Positions 49,686 through 59,685 of a stretch of DNA of 64,000 nucleotides are shown here, in pieces. The stretch covers positions 10,110,296 to 10,174,295 of the forward strand of contig CM082594.2 in the NCBI GenBank assembly GCA_040954595.2, written 5' to 3'. This stretch comes from Balanoglossus misakiensis (Eukaryota > Animalia > Hemichordata). The position numbers were made by a program, and so were the translations under genes. Numbering within the stretch: position 1 is the first letter of the stretch; each line of letters starts with the position of its first letter. The notes beneath the pieces are model-generated. The model ran no database searches and was not told where the DNA came from. It saw only the letters and a list, made by a program, of their open reading frames with translations.

Positions 49686-49989
49686 CAGCTTGGTTGCTGG
49701 ATATTTATCGGTTCATCTGGTCTTCGCATCTGCAAAATAAGAAATACGTTGAAAAATTAAGTGAATGTCTATTATTTGCATCTGCTCACACTCGAAAAGA
49801 CACTGACCACAGGCAAACCCGTTAACAATTGACCGAAACTTCCTCTTCTAGAGAAACTGTATCGTGTTTTGGGCGTGTGTTCTTTTTCAGTGCTCGTCGG
49901 ACGTGTGACTTGGTTGTCCGGAACTCGTCAAAATATAACCTATACATCTGGTCAATAACTGAGAAATTGTGTCTACTTCTAGTACTTTA

Positions 49990-51410
49990 CTTACCGAGGC
50001 CTTCATGGCAATAAACAGCGCAGAAACTCTGGTGTTGAGTTGTCTGCGCTCCGCATCAAAATGAAGCGTGCGTGCACTGAGAAGCGTGGTCGTCTTTTAC
50101 GAAAATGCCCGGATGGTAGACGGTAATTACCATGTCCAGGTAGTCCAGGTGACTCGAACCAATCAGCAACGAGATCCGGGTATTTAGAATAAAAATACTT
50201 TTGGGTGGTTTCAGACTAACATCTTGGACAACTTCTTCAGTATTTGCATCAAATCCACGCACCCCAGAAACATGTCCTCAAAAAATCATAATCCATCATA
50301 TTCATATTCACAATTTCGAACAGCAGTATATACAGTAGCTCGAGTTCATGGGGTCTTTATGTAATGGGTTTTTGTTCCGGTGTTTTCGCCGACCCTTCAA
50401 CCTGCTATGTAAAACTAAATGTGTAAATCGTGAGAAGGCAATTATGGACAATATCTTATGATGAACATTTGGCTTTGTAGACTTTAATAATCGTCTTTTT
50501 GCACACCGGATGCATTCCACAGTTGGCTCTTACTTTAATTTCCCGAATGATTTATTCCTGAGACCAATGCCCGCTGGCTTATCACTGCTCCTAATCGATG
50601 AAAACCAATCTACGACGTCATCGCAATCCTTTAAGTACAAAGTAAACCCAAAGGTCACGTGGTTTGGGGTGCGTACAAGTGTGAGCAAACTTCAAAATCA
50701 CGTCATCACGCAAGGATCTTTCTTCCTGTCCATTCATTTATAACAGGCGTAAAGATCTGGGAGTCGGCATATCAACTCGCTGTATCGGAGGACTCGTCTT
50801 GACTCGAAGAATCTCTCCGGTACTGCGTGAAAAAAATGGCATTGATTCTCAGGGCTGTGGCGTTTCTTTGTCTGGTGTACTGTACAGCATCGGCTCCTGT
50901 ACAAACAGGTTAGTGGACATTTCAATTTAATAGCACTAGCGTTTGTTTTACTGCTATGTAAAGTATATCAGCGGGCAAATGGACTAAACTCTAACGCTTA
51001 TGTTTACAACATTGTGAAATTTCTTTACCGAGAAGAAAGATGTCGAGACTTCATATACCCAACAGGTCGTGGTCACGACTGAACATGTCATCATGCACTG
51101 TTGATCTGACTATACCTGGAGCGCTGATCAGTTGAGCAGGGATCATTTTTAGCGCGGTCTGACTCACGCGCGTTTGACCAAATAAAAAACACACATCCGT
51201 TGAAGATAAGAGCCAGGTCGAACTAGTGTACACACACTTGGGTATCCCGGTACCGAAGCTACGTGCGGATGACCCATTGAAATACTCGCACTCGAGTACT
51301 GACATCCAATTGACGTCTTCGATCCGTGTACATATACACTGTTCACAAAGACAATTGTGTGATTCATCGACGTGTAACGTCAGGAAAGTTTACCCATTCC
51401 ATTAGACTGT
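49990..51410 (-). pseudogene. Possible decayed, frameshifted coding sequence with weak glycosyltransferase family 92 (DUF23)-like motifs
   Basis: CpG-richer tract with short ORFs that switch frame and residual splice-like sites. Ordered fragments VFVNSVY/TDRR..RVRVF, MCVFY, ELICRLPDLY, FGFTLYLKDCDDVVDW, ECIR and KSIFILNTRISLLIGSSH resemble GT92 motif order by eye only. Confidence 0.3.
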
Positions 51411-51985
51411 AAGCTTATAATGGAAACGAACTGTTTCCATTAGAATTCTAATATTTGAACACCACATATTTCATAAGAGGACACTATTTGATTTAACGCG
51501 TTACGTCCCACACTTACGTTTAATACGTGCGAAAGTAGCGAAAAACAACCCGACTCAACGAATTTCAATATCAACTCAGTTTTCGGAATAATTTGCGATA
51601 AAAACTTAAAAAACACTTTTGACCACGTTATGTATTATTGAAATGCGACATCAATATTTTTTAATGTAGTAGGGAAGTTTACAAACTAGGTCTATTAAAT
51701 TTCAAGGCACGATTCTATACACAATCATCTGTCGGTAAATCAGAAGCGTGCAGGTAAAAGGTGGACATGATTCGAAAATGATCATGCATAAGGTTCAACC
51801 ATAAATCATAACCCTATATTCTTGATATCAGATATTAAAGTTAACGAGAGAAAGCAGGATGAAGTCAGGCAAGTCGCGTGGTGTACCACCGCTGTTCGCT
51901 GACGTCACAAGGTGACCCAATGTCCACCCATCATTGCGTGAGACCTTTGAAAATAGCCTATTTCTCGTTAGATTTATGTGTTTTG

Positions 51986-54540
51986 TTAGGGCACAAGCCA
52001 AGCAGGCTTGTGCCCTATTGGTATTACTGGGGTTTTTAGGGCACAAGCCAAGCAGGCTTGTGCCCTATTGGTATTACTGGGGTTTTTCATCTTTTTTTTT
52101 TTTTTTTTTTTCTTGTGTAGTTTTTTTGCTCAGGTAGATCTTGAAAACGGCTGAACCTACAAATCTCAAACTTGGCACAATGGTGCAGGTCTATGAGAGC
52201 TCGTGCAGTACCCTCGTGAATGTGTAATTAGTCACATGACCTGATGACCATATATGGGCAAAGTTTTCAAATGGGCCTAATTTGCATATGAATGACGATA
52301 TCAAAATTCTGTGCAATCATTTTGCGGACCATATGGTCAGTGTCCTACATGCTAAATTTCAAGGCTCTGGGCCAAGTCAATTTTGAGAAGAAGATTTTTA
52401 AATATTATATTTCATATTTTTTGGACCCAGCCATAGGCCTATACTTTCTATAGTTAAGCTATGATGCTATGTCCACATCTGTGCAATGGTCCTGTACTGT
52501 GACTCTCTATTGGCCCGTGAGCAAAATGGGACCAAAATAAAAGGCAAAATTTTGGGCTCACCTGTAACACCTGCTTAACTCATTAATTATGTGCATACCT
52601 AATTCTGGGCTAGAGGTTTTGTGCTTGTGGGACATGGACCAGTATAGGGTAAAAAAAATTGCCCAAATTTTGGGTGACCTCAGGTGACCTTTGACCTACT
52701 TTCCTATATCTCGGCATCCAGAGCAGGTACAGACTTGGCGTTTGGAGGGTTGGGACTAAAATTTAAAAGCCGAAATTGAGGGTCACCTGTGACACCTGCT
52801 TATCTCATTAATTATGTGCATACCTAATTCCAGGCCAACCAATAGGACTAGAGGTTTGATTTTTGCTGAACATGAACCAGTATGGGGTCAAAATTTCTTG
52901 CCCAAATTTTGGGTGACCTCAGGTGACCTTTGACCTACTTTACCATATCTCGGCATGCACAGCAGCTACAGCCTTGGCATTTGGAGGGATGGAACTCCTG
53001 ATGGAGCCTTACACTTTACCTCATTAATTATGCACATACATAATTGTAGGCGAACCAATAGGGCTAGAGATTTTGTTCTGGTGGGACACGAAACGGCTGA
53101 ACCTACAAATCTCAAACTTGGCACAATTGTGGAGGCCTATGAGAGCTGGTGCAGTATCCCTGTGAATGTTTAATAAGTCATGTGACCTGATGACCATATA
53201 TGGGCAAAGTTTTCAAATGGGCCTAATTTGCATATGAATGGAGATATCGAAATTCTTTTAGCAACTTTTGTGGACCATGTGATCAGTGTCCTACAGGTGC
53301 AAATGTTTGCCACATTTCGCTGGCACAATATGGGGCCAGAATCTCCTGCCCAAATTCCGCACGCCCCACACCTTCCACCTTCAGCTTAAGCTTGGGCCCG
53401 TCATCGCTGCTTCGCAGCTATATTTCATCTTTTTTTTTTTCTTGTGTAGTTTTTTTGCTCAGGTAAATCTTGAAAACGGCTGAACCTACAAATCTCAAAC
53501 TTGGCACAATGGTGCAGGTCTATGAGAGCTCGTGCAGTACCCTCGTGAATGTGTAATTAGTCACATGACCTGATGACCATATATGGGCAAAGTTTTCAAA
53601 TGGGCCTAATTTGCATATGAATGACGATATCAAAATTCTGTGCAATCATTTTGCGGACCATATGGTCAGTGTCCTACATGCTAAATTTCAAGGCTCTGGG
53701 CCAAGTCAATTTTGAGAAGAAGATTTTTAAATATTATATTTCATATTTTTTGGACCCAGCCATAGGCCTATACTTTCTATAGTTAAGCTATGATGCTATG
53801 TCCACATCTGTGCAATGGTCCTGTACTGTGACTCTCTATTGGCCCGTGAGCGAAATGGGACCAAAATAAAAGGCAAAATTTTGGGCTCACCTGTAACACC
53901 TGCTTAACTCATTAATTATGTGCATACCTAATTCTGGGCTAACTAATAGGGCTAGAGGTTTTGTGCTTGTGGGACATGGACCAGTATAGGGTAAAAAAAA
54001 ATTGCCCAAATTTTGGGTGACCTCAGGTGACCTTTGACCTACTTTCCTATATCTCGGCATCCAGAGCAGGTACAGACTTGGCGTTTGGAGGGTTGGGACT
54101 AAAATTTAAAAGCCAAAGTTGAGGGTCACCTGTGACACCTGCTTATCTCATTAATTATGTGCATACCTAATTCCAGGCCAACCAATAGGACTAGAGGTTT
54201 GATTTTTGCTGAACATGAACCAGTATGGGGTCAAAATTTCTTGCCCAAATTTTGGGTGACCTCAGGTGACCTTTGACCTACTTTACCATATCTCGGCATG
54301 CACAGCAGCTACAGCCTTGGCATTTGGAGGGATGGAACTCCTGATGGAGCCTTACACTTTACCTCATTAATTATGCACATACATAATTGTAGGCGAACCA
54401 ATAGGGCTAGAGATTTTGTTCTTGTGGGACACGGACCAGTATGGGGTCAAAATTTCTTGCCCAAATTTTGGGTGACCACTTATGACCTTTAACCTTCGGC
54501 TTAAGCTTGGGCCCGTCATCGCTGCTTGCAGCTATATTTT
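51986..54540 (+). mobile_element. Head-to-tail dimer of a non-autonomous Helentron-type element (HINE-like)
   Basis: 5' palindrome AGGGCACAAGCC-AAGCA-GGCTTGTGCCCT. 3' subterminal AAGCTTGGGCCC, which is an imperfect inverse of the 5' GGGCACAAGC, followed by a short GCTGC-TT(C)-GCAGC stem-loop and a T-run. Two near-identical bodies (about 52086-53423 and 53424-54540) with internal subrepeats of about 180 bp. No transposase ORF and T-rich flanks. Confidence 0.75.
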
Positions 54541-55225
54541 AAATTTGATTTCAACCCTGAATTTTACATTTCCGCTTACGTTACATATCTTATTTTTGCA
54601 TCGTTGTCGTGAAGACGCGTTAGGGTTAAGGTTAGGGTACGGAGAACGTTGTTTTCTTACAGACAGACAGACGGACGGACGGACATATATATTATAGATA
54701 AGATAAGATAGTATACAATTATAAAAATGGTGACCAGATGTCTACATAACATTTAAAACCGATGAACGTCCTTGCACCGACACATAAAACTGTTGAATTA
54801 AAGGTGTCAACTTTGAAAGACTTGACACAAATTCTGTGTGCTCCGCCTGACTTGTTTTAAAAGAGTCAATCATGATGTTACAAGCAAAAGTCAAACGGTT
54901 GCTTGGTGATAATTGTGGACCATTGTGATGATAGAAGTAGAAGAAGCGATCGTGACGGGCCATTAGTTTTGCCAGACAGAATATTTAGCATCTTGGGCGT
55001 CAGAGCAGTTGCCGACACCAACCCCACCCCTCCTGAACTAGTGATTTGCCAAACAGAATGAGCGTTGTCTGGGTTTGCGCCAGGGGGAGTTAGAACAGTT
55101 GCTGAAACCCCCCCCCCCCGCGCCACCTGTTCCCGTATAGCCTCAGGCTTGACTTGACTCGCATTCATTTGGCGACAACGGGTGGTATTTGTCTGATCTG
55201 ACTGACTCCAATGACGTGTCATTAA

Positions 55226-55380
55226 TTTAAGGTAGCAAGCGCCCCGAGGACTGATTTGCAGAAACATGATCCTCCAGACCTCCAAAGCTTTCAATTCTCT
55301 GAAATCTTAAAGTGTGTGACGAGTCATTTTTTTATTCTAAATTTTAAGAGAGAAGCGTTTCCATGGTATTCGGTTTTCAT
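55226..55380 (+). mobile_element. Possible degenerate TTAA-flanked DNA transposon (Kolobok-like MITE) end
   Basis: TTAA followed by GGTAGCAAGCGCCCCG. A related string (AGATAGAATGTGCCTCG) occurs near 42245. No matching opposite end was found. Confidence 0.3.
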
Positions 55381-55400
55381 CCAAGGCATCAGTTTGTAGG

Positions 55401-58034
55401 ATGAATAATTTATAGCATTGGTGTCCTTTGTCGTGATTGGGAAGTCCTATCTATCTCACACTATAATCCTACAACAACGAAGGATCATAGTTTCGAATTT
55501 GACCACGAAAATACATTTCCTTGAAATTTCAGCATTGGCATCAAAGAGCAGAAGAGCCACGTCAGAGTCGCAAGATCCCTCGCCCAGACAGAAGGTAAAG
55601 ATCACCACTGAATTCTTGTGTTCTCTACGCATTTACTGTGACCTGTTAATTTTCAAGAAGTTTAAAGCGTTCATGGCATAGAGTTTGAAATAACAAAATT
55701 CCCAATCGATATCTCTTTCATGGGGCATTATGATACCCGAATTACGATTTGGCCAAATAAAGTGGTCGGAACAGGGCGTAGACACACCTAGCGTGCGGTT
55801 CATAGTTTTAATATCGTCTCCTTGATTTTATGTCTCCTTTTCAGGTCATACTGCTGCAGAAAAAGGTGAGACTATTATACGTTTTGCTTCGTCAGTGTTC
55901 ATGTTTCAGGATATTGTGCAATCAATATCCACCTGTTTGACTAGTAGTCGCACGTTCCCAGCTTGTGTTTACTCAACTTAGTCAAGAACATGTTCCAGAC
56001 ACGCCCTCCACTTGAAACTTAAGTGCAGCAATAGATGTTTGACGTCACTAAGTTATTTTTTCTTCTTCTGGAGATGACTGGTCACTTCGCGATGACAAGA
56101 GCTTCCTCATTTAAAGAAATACGAAATACGATTGGTTGTACTGTTGATTACTGTTCTCTGATTGGCTACTGGAATTACGCTGATATTAGAGAGTGTTATT
56201 GAACTTGCTGGTAAAATGTGAATATCCGTTGAGCCTAATATGTAACCGATGACATTTAAAATATGCTCGCACGGGGGAAGATCGATAATTAACTGTCAAT
56301 AAGAAATAATCTGCGTGTTGCGCAACTTCTGGAAGCACAATCTGGAGGGTATTATGAAATAGTGGTGTATGACAAACTGAGAAAATGACAAACTGTATTA
56401 GGTTCTCACAGCGTTTTACTTTCTTTTCAATCTGAACAGCTCGCTGATCTCCAAAAGAATGTAAGTGTGATAAAATGATTTTGTACTTTCAAAAGCTTAT
56501 ATTCTTTTCATGACTGTCCGTTTTATTTTGTCATTGGGTCTTATTCTTACGCCTCAACTTTTATGACGTTATGCGCGAGACATCTTCCACCAGTTGCTCC
56601 TAATTATCACCTCTCTCTGCACTTTATCAGCTCCAATTACTTGAAGGCACCTTCGACGGTGCCTCAAGAACTCCACCAGAACTACAGGGCGGGGACGATA
56701 TCGCCGAAATTCTCGAGCAGGCCGTCGGGATCCATCTTGGAAAGTACGACGAGTACGGCAATGATGATGACGACTATCCTTTCGGTGGAATAATCGAAGG
56801 TGGCGACAAAGCTAGCCAGATAAAGTTTGATGAAGAGGTGATCGATGAAGAAAAGAGAGTAGACACTGGTAGGCCGATGGACAAAAATGGTGCGCAGGGA
56901 ACTGCACACACTTTTCTGACATCAGACGAGAAGGAATTACTTCGGGTAGGTAGTTATATTTGAAAGTCGCCAAATCCTTATCGGTAAAACTGAAACCTTT
57001 CTCCGCAAAATCTTAAATTTCCAATTTATTTTTTACTCGTCCTGGCCTGAGACGACGATTACTCGAAATAAGGCTTTGAGTCGTGCTCTATGTACGAGAC
57101 TCACGACATGTCTACTGATGACAAAAGCTTCATGGGATTATTTCATTTTGTGATTAACAACCATCAGAGGCTGAAGGAAAAGCAAGCTGGGAGATCACGA
57201 GACGACGTCTTGAGGCAGTTTCTGGAAGAGCGCGTGGGTAACCAAGGCGACGGCAAGATGTCGCAAAACAATGACGTGGAAAGCAACTCCCAGCAGAGAC
57301 AAGGTGGGAAAGATTTGGATTTCACACGTATGGTCGCACCTTTGAAAAATCGAAATCAAGAAAACACTTTTGCTACACTGAACAAAGGGGAAAATTTTAA
57401 AAATATAGCTGATGTCCCTATAAATGTTTACAATTCAAGGAAACTGACTCTTCATCACACAGATTTGGACCTTGCAGCTGAAATCTCCGAGTTGGAGAAG
57501 AATAAGAACGGAGAAGGCGTTGTACTGGTCAACGCCCCACCGGCTCACCCCGATGGTTATTTCGTCGAACACCCGTTTACAGAAAGTGAACTTGGACCCC
57601 TTAAACGTACGCGCACTTTACTTTATTTTATATGTATATATTGGTCTGTTCGTATTTTTGAGCAATTCATTTTTATCGATTCGGAAGACTCGACAGACTA
57701 TTTTAATACCGGCATGTTCCTATTAAATCCATCCAGCTCAACTCGAAGAGGTTGAAGAAAAGTTACTCTCGGATTTGAAACTTGCGCTGGACCACGGAGT
57801 GACTTTGTCTGACCTTTTGAACGACATCAGCGACAAAGAGAAAGGTAAGTCCATTTGACTGCTTTGTCAACGTTTTTGTTTGGAGCATAAGTTTCGCATT
57901 AACATCTTGTATAAATGAATGACACGAAATTCTCCATTTCGCCAGATTCGTTGCAGAGAGAAGCGTTCGTGTTGGCTGAGCAGCTTGGAAACACAGAGAG
58001 GGAGATTGAAAAACTGCAGCTGAACGCCGAATAG
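55401..58034 (+). CDS. Orphan 9-exon gene for an acidic, putatively secreted coiled-coil (granin-like) protein of about 319 aa; exon 1 appears damaged, so possibly a young pseudogene
   Basis: Exons 55401-55439 (imperfect), 55533-55594, 55845-55865, 56440-56460, 56631-56945, 57168-57327, 57463-57606, 57737-57844, 57946-58034 (TAG). Exons 2-9 have canonical AG/GT ends and join in one stop-free frame. AATAAA signals lie near 58229 and 58270. Confidence 0.75.
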
Positions 58035-59685
58035 GAAATTCACAAACACAAATCAACTTATGACTGTAAATACTGAAACGCGCAGAACAGAACTATGTAT
58101 TAGATACTTGTTAACGTAAATGTGTTCTTTTGGTGCTAGAAAGTTTTTAGAGTACTGTCTTGCGTGTCTTTACCCGATGCATGAAATCCAAGGCAACCGC
58201 TGACTTAGGCCTAAACTTACGCCGCATGAATAAACTGCTGTAAAGTCGGTCTTTTGTTTGGATATAAGAAATAAACACTGAAACAACTTGATATGGTTGT
58301 CTTGAAATGCATTCAATGGATTGTGAGGAATGAAAGATGAGGAAGACGCAACGTGCCTTGGACAGGCAGCACCATGGTTGGCTGGCCAGTGAAACACATG
58401 TAGAGTGCCCTCTATAGTCAAACCTTTATCATGTCAACCAAATCTGACACGCCCAGAAACACAACTTGCCTGTACACAAACGTTTCTTTTGATCAAAAAC
58501 ACTCACATGGGACATGTTGCCACTCTTCTGAAGAAAATAAATGAGAGTTTCTTGCAAGCCGTCAACTTTGTGGCTAGGTTTCCAAGTTTCATGGTAACTC
58601 TTTTGATCCAAGATACCTGGGAGATTGAACAAGCAATATGGGAATATCTTTTGTGTTTTATTGTTCTGTTTTTCAATAGGAGACATAAAACACTGCCAAG
58701 TGATCTTTATTCAGTCTCCCAGGGTCAAGCGAGGTCAGCCTCTCCAATTTGAATACCTTGTCCAGCACTGCCTGTATAGTGAGACAGACCTTTGCAGACT
58801 TTGCTGGCTGAGCAATAAAGCTTCCCTTTCAAATAAACAAAGTAAAATAGGAAAGCACATTTTCATTTGGTATGATTGTTTTTCTTCAAAGTGAAAATTG
58901 CACTTTTCAATCCATGATAACTGAGTAACATCCGAAAACCGCAGGCACTATTTGGGGTTGACCGTGATTGGTCAAGGTGATACCAGGTGGTCACATGACT
59001 TGACAACAATACTACTCTCCTAACAAATCTTTTGTGGGGAGCCTCCCAAGCAAACACTGACTTGAGTGTATTCTTCCTTTGTTCATGCAAGTGAGAATAT
59101 ACACAGTGGTCCATGTTTGCCATCAGGGTAGAATGGCGTCCTAAAATGTCCTCCACACTTTTCTACCCTGATTAAATCTAGCAAACCAGTTGATGTAAAC
59201 AACTGTTTATTTATTTGGGTATCAGTTGCATTCTGGATCTGTTTGGCAAGTTCTGGACAGGTGAGTGAGTCACAAGAAAAGTTGTTTTGGTGCGTGTTGT
59301 TTTCAAATGTTTGTGTGTCGCACATACTATTGTCATCATTAATCTTTTGAAGAAAAAAGACCTGTTTCAGTGTCATTAAAGACTGTCTGTAGAATTAGTC
59401 AAATCTAGTTAAATTACAATCCCAAATATGCTCATGCATCTCATCATATGTCCTTCATGTTTGAGTATAGTGGGTTTTTTTCTATCCTAGTAACTTCCTT
59501 AAAAGACCATTTGTAGCAAATGCAGAAGTCACTTCACTAGAGAAGTTCTGAAAGGAACCACAATACTGTTTTTATAAATAGTTATTATTTTGAGAATAAC
59601 ATCCTTGTATCAGTTAGTATCTGTTATGTCAAATTATCTCCTTTTCACAGCCAGCTGTTTGTAAGACACATGAAATAAGATCAAA

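Noticed and set aside
51986-52087. Palindromic direct repeats resembling a CRISPR array
   Set aside because: Only two units, the intervening sequence is identical rather than a unique spacer, there are no cas genes and the context is eukaryotic. It is a transposon terminus.
52955-54492. Duplicated ORFs 'MHSSYSLGIWRDG...' as a gene pair
   Set aside because: They lie inside the duplicated non-autonomous element and have no protein features.
54620-54637. TAGGGTTAAGGTTAGGG as interstitial telomeric repeat
   Set aside because: Only about three imperfect units, next to a GACA/GACG microsatellite. More likely part of a repeat remnant.
54878-55294. 138-aa minus-strand ORF with an internal VSAT.LTP repeat
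   Set aside because: It reflects a short diverged DNA duplication with C-runs. It has a non-ATG start and no splice or domain support.
57090-57755. 221-aa ORF as a stand-alone gene, or a viral or transposon ORF
   Set aside because: It is better explained as exons 6 and 7 of the spliced orphan gene plus read-through of flanking introns. Canonical splice sites bound the acidic segments.
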